A stretch of DNA of 64,000 nucleotides from an uncultured bacterium (GTDB lineage Bacteria > Babelota > Babeliae > Babelales > Vermiphilaceae). This document shows, one piece after another, positions 1 through 8,876 of this stretch. Numbering within the stretch: position 1 is the first letter of the stretch; each line of letters starts with the position of its first letter. The stretch is from assembly GCA_963781925.1 (NCBI GenBank), contig CAWAHQ010000002.1, positions 25,364-89,363 on the forward strand, read 5' to 3'. The notes under the pieces are model-generated. The model was not told the DNA's origin and made no database searches. It worked only from the letters and a program-made list of their open reading frames with translations. The position numbers were made by a program, and so were the translations under genes.

Positions 1-653
1 TGGTCTTCCCACTGCGTAACCGTCTCATCAAGAGATTCAAATTCTGCTGCGCTAATATAGGGAGGATTAGAAAGAATAATATCAAATTGCATGCCAACCG
101 GAATCGATTCAAAAAGATCAGATTGCAACCATGTAACATTTCTCATCTTATTGTGTTCAATGTTTCGTTCTACTAATTCAAGAGCAGTATCTGCAATATC
201 AGTTGCCAAAATTCGTGCTTGTGGCAAATAGTCGGCACACGCAAGTGCAATGCACCCAGATCCTGTTGCAATGTCTAAAATCTGTAATTTTTTATTATCT
301 AAGGTCAACAACTGCTCAATGATATATAAACACCATTCTTCAGTTTCAGGACGAGGAATCAGCGTGGGTGGTTCAACTAAAATTTCAAGGTCTGCAAAAG
401 GAACAAATCCAAGCAGATATTGCAAGGGCATTTTTTCTTCCACCAGTAATCGCATCCAACGATCAATTTTTTGGCGCTGCTCAGGAGTCAATGCGACAGA
501 TTCTTGGATAATCAGTTCTGTTTTGGTTTTATTGCAAATTGCTTGCAAAATCCACCACGCATATTGCTGACACAATGTATCATCTTCATACATGGCAGAA
601 AGCCGCTGGCGGATATCGCTGATGTAGTAATTAAGATCATAATGGGTATTCAT
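1..653 (-). CDS. prmC: Release-factor glutamine N5-methyltransferase PrmC/HemK; 3-prime end runs off the window
   Basis: Own reverse-strand translation from the ATG at complement 651-653: MNTHYDLNYYISDIRQRL...LDIATGSGCIALA (SAM motif I)...ILSNPPYI (NPPY catalytic motif). Missing from the ORF track because it is open at the window edge. Confidence 0.8.
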   Translation of the reverse strand, partial: MNTHYDLNYYISDIRQRLSAMYEDDTLCQQYAWWILQAICNKTKTELIIQESVALTPEQRQKIDRWMRLLVEEKMPLQYLLGFVPFADLEILVEPPTLIPRPETEEWCLYIIEQLLTLDNKKLQILDIATGSGCIALACADYLPQARILATDIADTALELVERNIEHNKMRNVTWLQSDLFESIPVGMQFDIILSNPPYISAAEFESLDETVTQWED

Positions 654-806
654 GCAGATCAGTCTAGCATACTTTTATTACAGGGGAAGAGAAAATCTAG
701 ACATTATCACAATTAAAACATTACAAATAGAATCAATCCATTTGCATATTCTTGCTTTTTATATATACTAATACTAAATACATTCTTATATTTTAGGAGA
801 TTTTCA

Positions 807-1691
807 ATGAAAAAATACACAATAATCGCGCTCTTAGCGCTTTTTTCGACTCAACTTTCTCTCGCAGCTGATACTGCAGATATAACCGTTACAACCTATA
901 ACATAACCCATGCCAAGAAAAATGATTGGAATCTGAGAAAAGCTGGCAATATTGCTCTTATCAAGGAACTAAACTCGGATATACTCGCATTGCAAGAAGT
1001 TATTGACGATAATGATCAACTCAAAACAATCCAAGATACCTTATCAGGCTATGGATGGGTAGGGGAAAAAAGAAATTCTCATCTTAACGATAAATCAACC
1101 TGGCGGCTTTGGTTTGTTTCTTCTCGGCCTATTCAACGTATCTTTAACGCAACTGATGAATATTGCCCTATTTTTTATAACAAAGAAAAATTTGAACTCT
1201 TGAACACGCAAACATTTGGCATTAATACCGGTGGATACGACTTACTGCCACGAATTGCAACCGTTGCCTGTTTAAAACATAAATTGACGCACCAAGAATT
1301 TTGCGTATGCAACACTCATCTTGAACACAAATCTGACAGCGAATCTGAGCAAATACGTACCGCACAAGCTCAGATCATCATCAATAAGCTTAAAGATTAC
1401 AAGGATAAACCGATACTATTGATGGGTGATTTTAATACAACGTTCGATAAGGATATGAAAAAGGTTCTTACTGATGCTGGCTTTGTTCATGGCAAAAAAA
1501 TAGCAGAAAAAGTAAGCGGACCTGCAATAACTCATGAAAAAAGTTCAACGAAGAAACTTATCGAATGTGATTTTATTCTGATCAAACCTCAAGAAAAATT
1601 CAACGTACAAAGTTATGAAACGATCGATGCAATGAGCCCGGAAACAAGTGATCATAATCCGGTGAAAATGAAATTCTCTTTGAATGAGTAA
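807..1691 (+). CDS. Exported endonuclease/exonuclease/phosphatase (EEP) family protein
   Basis: Signal peptide MKKYTIIALLALFSTQLSLA. EEP-type motifs LALQEV, LMGDFN and C-terminal SDHNPV. Confidence 0.75.
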   Translation: MKKYTIIALLALFSTQLSLAADTADITVTTYNITHAKKNDWNLRKAGNIALIKELNSDILALQEVIDDNDQLKTIQDTLSGYGWVGEKRNSHLNDKSTWRLWFVSSRPIQRIFNATDEYCPIFYNKEKFELLNTQTFGINTGGYDLLPRIATVACLKHKLTHQEFCVCNTHLEHKSDSESEQIRTAQAQIIINKLKDYKDKPILLMGDFNTTFDKDMKKVLTDAGFVHGKKIAEKVSGPAITHEKSSTKKLIECDFILIKPQEKFNVQSYETIDAMSPETSDHNPVKMKFSLNE

Positions 1692-1705
1692 AAACAATTC
1701 ATATG

Positions 1706-1741
1706 AAAAACCTGCAGCCTTAAAAACTGCAGGTTTTTTTA
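1706..1741. terminator. Rho-independent terminator shared by the convergent EEP gene and ftsY
   Basis: Stem ACCTGCAG (1710-1717) / CTGCAGGT (1727-1734), flanked by an A-run and a T-run. Confidence 0.6.
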
Positions 1742-1761
1742 TTTTTATAATTCCAAAAAAT

Positions 1762-2652
1762 TTATCCCAATAACTCAGTCACGTATTCCTGCGGATCAAA
1801 AATCTTAATCTGCTCGGCCTGTTCACCAAAAGTGAAAAAGCAAATCGGAATGCCAAGTTCTTGTGCTATGGCAAATACAATGCCCCCCTTGCCTGTACCA
1901 TCCATTTTAGTTAAGATAATACCCGTAACATCGGTACTTTCTTTAAAAAGTTTAGCCTGCTCGAATGAATTTTGCCCAAGCATTGCATCAATGGTAAGTA
2001 ATGTAGCTACACGTTGCGCAGGAAGCTGTTTTTCAACCGCACGCTTTATTTTTGCAAGCTCATGCATCAAATTTACTTTCGTCTGCAAACGTCCGGCTGT
2101 ATCGATAATCAAAATATCGTAATTCTCATGTTTGAATTTTTCACATCCTTGATATACCAATGATGCAGGGTCTTGGCCTTCTGTACCATACAGAATATCA
2201 GCTCCTGATCTTATCGCCCATTCTCTTAATTGCTCAGGAGCAGCTGCACGGAATGTATCGGCAGCAACCAGTAAAACTTTTTTGCCCTGAGACACAAACA
2301 TCTGCGCAAGCTTACCGATGCTTGTTGTTTTGCCACTCCCATTGATACCCACAAAAAGAAATATCGATTGCGCACGATAATTAGGCATGTGATTTTTTTC
2401 AAGAATATCAAGCAAAATGGTGTGCATACTGGTTTTTAACTGCTGACCATCATGCAATCCCGCATCAAGATGTTTTTTTAATTGAGCAATAATCGATTTT
2501 GTTGTGGCAACACCAACGTCACTCGAAATGAGTAGTATTTCAAGTTCTTTAAGCGCTGCATCATCGATTGTTTTTCTACTGAAAAAGGAACCTAATTTTG
2601 AGGTAACAGTACTAAATATTTTTTGTAATTTACTTTTTATAAAACTAAACAA
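1762..2652 (-). CDS. ftsY: Signal recognition particle receptor FtsY (short form, NG domain only)
   Basis: GINGSGKTTSIGKLA (G1), DTAGRL (G3), TKMDGTGKGG (G4-like SRP GTPase motif). Confidence 0.9.
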   Translation of the reverse strand: MFSFIKSKLQKIFSTVTSKLGSFFSRKTIDDAALKELEILLISSDVGVATTKSIIAQLKKHLDAGLHDGQQLKTSMHTILLDILEKNHMPNYRAQSIFLFVGINGSGKTTSIGKLAQMFVSQGKKVLLVAADTFRAAAPEQLREWAIRSGADILYGTEGQDPASLVYQGCEKFKHENYDILIIDTAGRLQTKVNLMHELAKIKRAVEKQLPAQRVATLLTIDAMLGQNSFEQAKLFKESTDVTGIILTKMDGTGKGGIVFAIAQELGIPICFFTFGEQAEQIKIFDPQEYVTELLG

Positions 2653-2737
2653 GATGACTATTCTTTCTTTATGATTATGGTTTAATTCTATAACAGTATA
2701 TTAAAAAAGAACTTTTTTAGCCAAAAAAAGAAAGGTT

Positions 2738-3592
2738 TTATTCAAAAACTTTTAAACGTTTTGTTTCTTTGTCAAAATTACGATAATCTTCTCCCAATAA
2801 GTTTTGTAATGCAACGTCCTCCAGCTGCAATTTTTCCTTACTAGAAGCGCCTCCATATTCACTCGATAGAAACCGTCCAAGCTCGCCGAGCATATCTGAC
2901 CAATCAAGCTCTCTCGCAGAAGATATCATATTTATTTTTGGACCAGGACAATCTTTGGTAATATGCTGCTCAATACAACTAAAATGTGGTACCACATTAA
3001 GAATTCGGGCTGAAAAAATTGGATTATTCTTAACATCATTTTCGCCAAAAGATCGTTCAGATATATCATTAAACCCTAAATAAATATCAATGGTATCATC
3101 TTTTTTCGTATAATCGGTAAATTTTCCAATAATCCTAACAATTTTAGTGACAATAGGATCTATAATTTTACATGTTTCAGTGATACTTTTTTCCGTAGGT
3201 ATAGTCCAAAAATAACGTATAAACCCACAACGTTTTATCGGTATAAATTGCATATTTTGAGCAGTAAAGATAAATTCATCATTCCTTTCCTGCTTCTTAT
3301 CAAGCACTTCTTGAAGCTGTAATTTACTCTGAAGATCAATGGAAGAATACGAAAGTATTTTTTGAAGATCAATCGAAGATGACTCCTCAACCAGTTTCCG
3401 AGGACTCATGGTTGAATCGCTTGGAGAATATACACCTAATATACGCTTTATCACTCCATAGTTAAACTGTAGAATAGCTTTACGACCAGGCTCTTGTGAT
3501 AAAGGTATCTCTACTTCTGCTCTGTCCATTGCAAAAACATTAAAAACTGTCAAGAATGCTTGTAACACAACACATTTATTTCTGCTTTTCAT
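2738..3592 (-). CDS. Hypothetical exported protein (leader ends ...FNVFA-MD)
   Basis: 284-aa ORF in AT-rich DNA. Has a hydrophobic N-terminus and an internal SSIDLQ x2 repeat. No recognisable domain. Confidence 0.5.
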   Translation of the reverse strand: MKSRNKCVVLQAFLTVFNVFAMDRAEVEIPLSQEPGRKAILQFNYGVIKRILGVYSPSDSTMSPRKLVEESSSIDLQKILSYSSIDLQSKLQLQEVLDKKQERNDEFIFTAQNMQFIPIKRCGFIRYFWTIPTEKSITETCKIIDPIVTKIVRIIGKFTDYTKKDDTIDIYLGFNDISERSFGENDVKNNPIFSARILNVVPHFSCIEQHITKDCPGPKINMISSARELDWSDMLGELGRFLSSEYGGASSKEKLQLEDVALQNLLGEDYRNFDKETKRLKVFE

Positions 3593-4205
3593 ATGATCCC
3601 ATTACGTGCTCTACTCTTTGAAGAAACAATTTAATACGACGATAATCATTACCAATCAACAGCGAATATACTTGCATAAAATTATTAATTTTATCGGATG
3701 TAAAAATAGTATGCTCCATTTGTTGCCGCAGGAGCGCCAGGACAAGCTCATCTATATTAAAAATTTGTGAGGAATGAGTAAAGAGCAGATGCAGATATTT
3801 ATTGTTCTGAAAAAAAATTCTGCTCATTTCAGCATCGGGACGAGTAATAAATGCATGAATTTTAGGTGGCTCTGGTGCAATAAGATAAGAAATCGATCTT
3901 TTTTCTTGATAACCAATTGTTATACAAGAAAATGTTGTTTTAAGAAATTCAAATATCTGTGGCTGTTCTTTCAACAACTCCTCCTCTGTTTTTTGATACG
4001 GAAATGGATACCGCACCGGATCCATGGATCCGGTTTGAACCTGGTGAACAATCCCAAAAACAATACGTTTTTTTCCCTCCACGGCGACAAATGAACCAAA
4101 CTCAGGAAACATATCCCATGCCCAACTTTGTGCCAACCACCCCGTCAACGAACTTTCAATCACCTCGGCAAAGTATTTCTCCTTTGTGATCATGGCGCAC
4201 CTCAA
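3576..4205 (-). CDS. Hypothetical cytoplasmic protein; overlaps the downstream ORF by 17 nt
   Basis: 209-aa ORF with no leader. Start may be the M at 4193. Family not recognised. Confidence 0.5.
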   Translation of the reverse strand: MRCAMITKEKYFAEVIESSLTGWLAQSWAWDMFPEFGSFVAVEGKKRIVFGIVHQVQTGSMDPVRYPFPYQKTEEELLKEQPQIFEFLKTTFSCITIGYQEKRSISYLIAPEPPKIHAFITRPDAEMSRIFFQNNKYLHLLFTHSSQIFNIDELVLALLRQQMEHTIFTSDKINNFMQVYSLLIGNDYRRIKLFLQRVEHVMGSYEKQK

Positions 4206-4245
4206 GCATAGCTTCTATCCTTCGATACACCCTTAATCCCCAACT

Positions 4246-5010
4246 TCATTCCTCCGTTGGGGTCCCCATATGTGATGGAATAGAATATGGGGTAAGGGCA
4301 CTCAGGACGATCGGAAGAATTAATTGTTTATCCTCTTCACTATAGTCAGATTGCATCATATTTTGCAAAAAAGTTATTCGATGAAGAAAAGAATGGTGTT
4401 GTTTTTTGATAGCATGCTTATGGTGCACCGTGCCATACCCTTTATTATCCGACCACCCATAACCAGGAATGGCCTTATCATATAATGCCATCATGGCATC
4501 TCTTGTTACCTTAGCGGCAATGGATGCAGCTGCTACAGAACTTGATCTTCGTTCGCCTTTGGTAAAATAATAGACGGGAATAGTATGAAAATGTGTATCA
4601 GAAAGGTCTAATGGCATTGCATCAGTCAAAATTGCAGATGGCCGCGTGCCAGATGCTTCCAGTACGTGAATAAGCGCTTTCTTCATAGCGATCAATGTAG
4701 CTCGCCAGATATTATGCTCATCAATTGATCGATGATGAACTATACCAATACCATAGTGGCAATGCTTTTTAATCCACTGGAAAGCCTTTTCCCGTTCTTC
4801 CGGCGTCATAATTTTTGAATCTTTAAGCATCCGATGAGGCTTGCCGATGGGTAAAATAACTGCTGCTGCAACCACCGGGCCGGCAAAACAACCTCTGCCT
4901 ACTTCATCAATGCCGACCACAAGCATCTGCCGCTGCCAAGCATCGGTTTCAAATGAATTCTTCTTTATATTGCCTGTTTGTCGCGTTATGGTCATATTTT
5001 TCATTTCCAT
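4246..5010 (-). CDS. rnhB: Ribonuclease HII with a repeat-encoded C-terminal tail
   Basis: VGIDEVGRGCFAGPVVAAAV (RNase HII active-site DEDD region), DSKIMTPEERE, KGYG...H. The last ~17 codons overlap the repeat at 4259-4294. Confidence 0.85.
   Translation of the reverse strand: MEMKNMTITRQTGNIKKNSFETDAWQRQMLVVGIDEVGRGCFAGPVVAAAVILPIGKPHRMLKDSKIMTPEEREKAFQWIKKHCHYGIGIVHHRSIDEHNIWRATLIAMKKALIHVLEASGTRPSAILTDAMPLDLSDTHFHTIPVYYFTKGERRSSSVAAASIAAKVTRDAMMALYDKAIPGYGWSDNKGYGTVHHKHAIKKQHHSFLHRITFLQNMMQSDYSEEDKQLILPIVLSALTPYSIPSHMGTPTEE
4259..4294. repeat. Family-3 hairpin element (GGGGTCCCC...ATGGGGT) inside the rnhB 3-prime end
   Basis: GGGGTCCCCATATGTGATGGAATAGAATATGGGGTA. Same architecture as the copies at 25297, 33863 and 37874. 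Confidence 0.7.
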
Positions 5011-5038
5011 TTGACAAAGTTGTCAAGATGAGTACAAT
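5011..5038 (+). promoter_or_regulatory. Candidate sigma-70 promoter with an overlapping palindromic operator, upstream of the HTH-S24 repressor gene
   Basis: TTGACA (5011-5016), 16-nt spacer, TACAAT (5033-5038). Perfect inverted repeat TTGACAA-AG-TTGTCAA at 5011-5026. Confidence 0.4.
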
Positions 5039-5101
5039 TAGAAATAATACAGTAGTTACAAGATTATCATAAGTATAACCACGTTCGAAGGAGATATAAA
5101 G

Positions 5102-5779
5102 ATGATTTCGATATCAACTCAGCTACGCGTAAAAGAACTTTTGAGAGAAAAAGGCTGGACAACCAAAATTTTAGCAGAAAAAACTGGTATGTCTGAAAGT
5201 TACCTTACTCACATTAAAAACGGTACTCGCCGTTGGAATGAAGATTCCTTCAGAAAATTATCACAAGCTTTTGAAATAAGCCCAATTGATCTCTTTGCAG
5301 AACACCGCCAACGCACAGATGACATCGATAAAAATGTCAGCATGCCAGAACAATCTGATCTTGAATTACAAGTCAAAGTTGTTCCCGTTGTTGGAGAAGT
5401 TCCCTCAAATCCATCACCATATAATAATCAATTGATGCAAGTTACTACTGGCTACAAAGATGTCTTTGTTCCGGTATTCAATTCAGCTGACAATGCAATG
5501 TTTGCACTTTGTGTTGAAAACAACGCAATGGCACCAACATTTATTAAAGGTGATTATTTAATCGTTTCTCCAGAAGTATGGACACGCTCTGGTGACATCG
5601 CTGCCGTTGAATTTGGCAACGATACTCCAATTAAAGCAATTATGCAAGTTACCTATACTGAAGACTTTATTGTTCTTGAATCAGTCAACCATAAACAACC
5701 TCCAATAGCATTGATTCGCGGTAAAGATCATTTCAGAATAATTGGTCGTGTTATTCAACGCAGCCAAAAATTTGTATAA
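5102..5779 (+). CDS. XRE-type HTH plus S24 (LexA / phage-repressor-like) domain protein; catalytic Ser replaced by Ala
   Basis: N-terminal LREKGWTTKILAEKTGMSESYLTHIKNG (HTH_XRE). C-terminal VENNAMAPTFIKGDYLIVSP...PIKAIM...IIGRVIQ aligns to the S24 G-x-S-M-x-P...K pattern. Confidence 0.7.
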   Translation: MISISTQLRVKELLREKGWTTKILAEKTGMSESYLTHIKNGTRRWNEDSFRKLSQAFEISPIDLFAEHRQRTDDIDKNVSMPEQSDLELQVKVVPVVGEVPSNPSPYNNQLMQVTTGYKDVFVPVFNSADNAMFALCVENNAMAPTFIKGDYLIVSPEVWTRSGDIAAVEFGNDTPIKAIMQVTYTEDFIVLESVNHKQPPIALIRGKDHFRIIGRVIQRSQKFV

Positions 5780-5802
5780 TAGTTAAGCGTAGTATTTAAA
5801 AT

Positions 5803-5840
5803 AAAAAAGCAGTCATCTTGTAAGATGTCTGCTTTTTTTT
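5803..5840 (+). terminator. Rho-independent terminator after the HTH-S24 gene
   Basis: AGCAGTCATCTT / AAGATGTCTGCT stem (one mismatch) followed by T8. Confidence 0.55.
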
Positions 5841-5866
5841 AATGCATCCCTTTTTCAGAAACAGTT

Positions 5867-6238
5867 ATGCACAAAAAATATCCCTTTCTCATATCCCTCT
5901 TACTCATTCTCCCCACCCCCACGTACCCCAAGAAAAAAGATCAGGTACCCGTTCAGCCACTCAGCCCCGCGCAAGCCCAAACAGTAGCGGCATTTATAGC
6001 CATAGGAGCATGCGCTACTGCAACAATATTTAGCAAATATTTACGCCGAAAATCACCTCGAGTGCATACCGCATTAAAATTGATCGCCCTGCTCGGTGGA
6101 GCATACGCCCTGGCCGCAACAATCACTCAATATATACCTATATATTGCAGTCCCAATACCAACCCTAGCGCAACCCAGCGCAAGAAAAGAAGACCTTTTA
6201 GTCGCCGCAGAAAACGTTGGGGCGATAGATTTGGATAA
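5867..6238 (+). CDS. Small membrane protein: leader, two adjacent hydrophobic segments, very basic C-terminus
   Basis: TVAAFIAIGACATATIFSKYL - RRKSPRVHT - ALKLIALLGGAYALAATITQYI. C-terminal RKKRRPFSRRRKRWG. Confidence 0.45.
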   Translation: MHKKYPFLISLLLILPTPTYPKKKDQVPVQPLSPAQAQTVAAFIAIGACATATIFSKYLRRKSPRVHTALKLIALLGGAYALAATITQYIPIYCSPNTNPSATQRKKRRPFSRRRKRWGDRFG

Positions 6239-6378
6239 AACCTAGTATTTTACAGGGTTTATGGTATTCTCATTTTTAGAGGGTTTTACAGCAGCAAGCT
6301 GCGTTAAACTCAATAAAACAGTATATTTCCCATTTCATTAATTGCGCAGGGGTTCCCCCTGTGAAATGACTGCGCCCC

Positions 6379-6420
6379 GATCATCCTGAGCTTGTCGAAG
6401 GAAGCCTTGGCGTAGTAGGG
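6379..6420. repeat. Single arm of the family-1 element fused to the AGCCTTGGCG module
   Basis: GATCATCCTGAGCTTGTCGAAGGAAGCCTTGGCGTAGTAGGG. Confidence 0.65.
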
Positions 6421-6491
6421 AATGGAGCATGGGGATTAGCTAGTTTTATAGTTATACAATTAACTTCCAAATCACATAAAGGTTCATATAC

Positions 6492-6926
6492 ATGATGCGT
6501 CAATACGAAGCATTATTGCTTACCGTTCCGGAAATCACCGGCGACGAAGTCAAACACCTTGAATCCCAGCTCGATAAAGCTGTCAAAGCAGGTTCAGGTT
6601 CTACTATCTCATTCGAACGTTGGGGAAAATATAAATTGGCATACGAAGTCAATAAAAGTGACTACGGTGTCTTTTTTCTTACTCGTTTTGAAGTTCCACA
6701 AGGCACGAAATTGCTGGAAGATATGAAACATTTGTTCAAAGTCAAACTTAACAATGTTGTCATGCGCGATATGATTTCAGTTCTTGATCCGAAACGCCCA
6801 CTTACCTATCAACGTCCTCGTTCTCTGGAAGAAGCACCAATGCGTGAAGAAGGTTTTTCTAAAGATGGCAAAGCACCTAGCTTTTTCGCAGCAGATGATA
6901 GAGATGATATTGACGACGAAGACTAA
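6492..6926 (+). CDS. rpsF: 30S ribosomal protein S6 with an acidic C-terminal tail
   Basis: MRQYEALLL...ISFERWGKYKLAYEV...GVFFLTRFE is typical bS6. Confidence 0.9.
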   Translation: MMRQYEALLLTVPEITGDEVKHLESQLDKAVKAGSGSTISFERWGKYKLAYEVNKSDYGVFFLTRFEVPQGTKLLEDMKHLFKVKLNNVVMRDMISVLDPKRPLTYQRPRSLEEAPMREEGFSKDGKAPSFFAADDRDDIDDED

Positions 6927-6948
6927 AAACAATAAGGATATTTAGATC

Positions 6949-7236
6949 ATGACAAAAAAAATTAAATTAAAAATCAGTGCTCGCTTGGTGAAAAAACGCT
7001 CACGTCGCGGCAATGGTAACCGTTCCAAAATGTGTCGTTTCTGCGCAGATAAAGAGCAAGTGTATGGCATAGACTATAAAAATGCTACCTTCCTCAAGGG
7101 ATTTTTGACTGAACGCGGTAAAATATTACCTTCTCGTATTTCTGGAGCATGTGCACGCCATCAGCGCTGCATTTCCCAAGAAATTAGAAAATCCCGCGTT
7201 ATGTCATTATTGCCATACTCCGGGCCAGCATTTTAA
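6949..7236 (+). CDS. rpsR: 30S ribosomal protein S18
   Basis: CRFCADKEQ..IDYKN..FLKGFLTERGKILPSRISG.CARHQR...EIRKSR..SLLPY. Confidence 0.9.
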   Translation: MTKKIKLKISARLVKKRSRRGNGNRSKMCRFCADKEQVYGIDYKNATFLKGFLTERGKILPSRISGACARHQRCISQEIRKSRVMSLLPYSGPAF

Positions 7237-7306
7237 ATAGCCCAACCTCCGCTTCACTGCGGTCGGGCGCCCATTTTAAGATAAAATCGATCTTGGGATA
7301 AATATT

Positions 7307-7337
7307 AGGGTGATTCGCAAGAATCACCCTTTTTTTG
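7307..7337 (+). terminator. Rho-independent terminator after rpsR; duplicated at 8065
   Basis: AGGGTGATTC-GCAA-GAATCACCCT followed by T7. Confidence 0.65.
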
Positions 7338-7442
7338 CGTCCTAAAATATGCGATTATACTTATGAAATTGGTTAGCTACAAGTTACTTTTTTATAAAAA
7401 TTCGACCCCTTTTATCACCAAACCACCTCCAGATGGCCCCCT

Positions 7443-7471
7443 TTGACCAAATAAGTTTCATTTGGTAATAT
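7443..7471 (+). promoter_or_regulatory. Sigma-70-like promoter of MTISKKL paralog 1
   Basis: TTGACC (7443-7448), 17-nt spacer, TAATAT (7466-7471). The block is duplicated at 8135-8163. Confidence 0.5.
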
Positions 7472-7513
7472 TAATAATGATAAAGAAATTGTGTATTAAC
7501 CGGAGATTTTATT

Positions 7514-8020
7514 ATGACTATTTCAAAAAAATTATTTTTAGTGGCCGCATTAGGCCTTGGTTTGCAGGTAGCAAACATCTCAGCGATCCATTCTACAGTC
7601 AATAACACCAATCAAGAAGATACAGACGGACAGCAAGTTTTTAATTTTGCATGTGATTTACAAAAACAGAGTGATAATGCCGACGCAATAATCGCTGGTC
7701 AATGGCTAGAAAAACAAATTCTTGCTCATTACTCCGTGTATTACAATACTATCGATAGAATAATAATAGTACTTAATGCTGAGTTATCACTTGAAGAAAA
7801 AATAGCGCACATTCTGCAAATCAAAAGAAATCAAGAAGAGAGCATTGATCAAGATAAAGTGCAACAAGCACAAGGAGAACAAGCACGAAAAAGACAGGAA
7901 CAACTAAACTCAGTAGTTCAACTTGTTAAAATTATTACATTACCAGCAATCACCGTAATATCGTTACGTTTTGGTTGGGATCTTGCATCCAAATTATCAA
8001 AAGCTTTATTTATTGCGTAA
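7514..8020 (+). CDS. MTISKKL-family exported protein, paralog 1 (leader, helical domain, C-terminal hydrophobic anchor)
   Basis: MTISKKLFLVAALGLGLQVANISA. Shares FNFACDLQKQ / WLEKQ blocks with the ORFs at 8203 and 9123. Confidence 0.6.
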   Translation: MTISKKLFLVAALGLGLQVANISAIHSTVNNTNQEDTDGQQVFNFACDLQKQSDNADAIIAGQWLEKQILAHYSVYYNTIDRIIIVLNAELSLEEKIAHILQIKRNQEESIDQDKVQQAQGEQARKRQEQLNSVVQLVKIITLPAITVISLRFGWDLASKLSKALFIA

Positions 8021-8064
8021 CAAACTTAAGAACCATGTGAAGATGGGTTTGTTGAAGATATTTT

Positions 8065-8095
8065 AGGGTGATTCGCAAGAATCACCTCTTTTTTA
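8065..8095 (+). terminator. Rho-independent terminator; near-identical copy of 7307-7337
   Basis: GGTGATTC-GCAA-GAATCACC followed by a T-run. Confidence 0.6.
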
Positions 8096-8134
8096 CGCCT
8101 TTTGAGCACTGCAAATGCGCATTTGCAAGCCCAT

Positions 8135-8163
8135 TTGACCAAATAAATTTCTCTTGGTAATAT
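8135..8163 (+). promoter_or_regulatory. Sigma-70-like promoter of MTISKKL paralog 2
   Basis: TTGACC (8135-8140), 17-nt spacer, TAATAT (8158-8163). Confidence 0.5.
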
Positions 8164-8202
8164 TAACAATGAGACTTGTATTTTAATTATCCAGGAGATT
8201 CT

Positions 8203-8709
8203 ATGACATTTTTAAAGAAATTATCAATTATTGTGACATTAGGCCTTGGTATATCATTTATTGCACAAGCATATGATAAAGCACAAGAAGACAAGGATAT
8301 AACCCTGATTTTGAATTTTGCTCAAGAATTACGCCAACAAAATAGCACCAAAGCACAAAATGTTGCTACATGGCTTGAAAAGAAAGCTATGGATCCGTAC
8401 TACGACATAACTAGTTGTAATCACCTAGTGACTATTATCACTATTGACGATCTTACCATCCAATCAAAATTGGCAACTCTTGCTGAGCGAATGAGCCAAG
8501 AAACTCGCAATAACAGATATCAAAAACTTAATAATTGTGTAGCTACTGTCTGCTCCGGCATCCTATTTACTGGATTCAGCGCTCTTATGATATGGGCCTT
8601 CATCGAATCAGTAAGAAATCCTGCACCGATTATCGTTACTCGCCGACAACCGGCAGTAAGTGTTACCTGGACAACACGTTATCCAGTAATGTCATATAAC
8701 TACTACTAA
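8203..8709 (+). CDS. MTISKKL-family exported protein, paralog 2
   Basis: ATG at 8203 preceded by AGGAG. MTFLKKLSIIVTLGLGISFIAQA, then LILNFAQELRQQ...WLEKK. The ORF-track start at 8176 is a TTG upstream of the SD. Confidence 0.6.
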   Translation: MTFLKKLSIIVTLGLGISFIAQAYDKAQEDKDITLILNFAQELRQQNSTKAQNVATWLEKKAMDPYYDITSCNHLVTIITIDDLTIQSKLATLAERMSQETRNNRYQKLNNCVATVCSGILFTGFSALMIWAFIESVRNPAPIIVTRRQPAVSVTWTTRYPVMSYNYY

Positions 8710-8737
8710 TATTGAACTTCTATTAATAAGCTATCCA

Positions 8738-8770
8738 AAGGGCCTCTGAAATCCAGAGGCCCTTTTTTTA
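8738..8770 (+). terminator. Rho-independent terminator
   Basis: GGGCCTCTG-AAATC-CAGAGGCCC followed by T7. Confidence 0.65.
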
Positions 8771-8806
8771 ACGATAGCGATCCAATCGACATATGCGATA
8801 TGCACT

Positions 8807-8835
8807 TTACAGTCTGAAATTAAAATGATACACTT
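8807..8835 (+). promoter_or_regulatory. Possible promoter for paralogs 3 and 4
   Basis: TTTACA (8807-8812), 17-nt spacer, TACACT (8830-8835). Confidence 0.3.
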
Positions 8836-8876
8836 AAAATACGTAGTAAAAGTATTATTTAATGGAGGTTTCTATT

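Noticed and set aside
250-716. Plus-strand ORFs 250..570 and 471..716.
   Set aside because: They are antisense to the clearly recognisable prmC coding sequence and have no domain signal.
5102-5779. The HTH-S24 repressor as a marker of a prophage or integrative element.
   Set aside because: No integrase, excisionase, Cro-like partner, att-like repeats or phage structural genes are nearby. The flanking genes are rnhB and rpsF.
6492-7236. rpsF-rpsR lacking ssb/priB between them and rplI after them, considered as an anomaly.
   Set aside because: The gene order of this cluster varies widely among bacteria, so this is not informative by itself.
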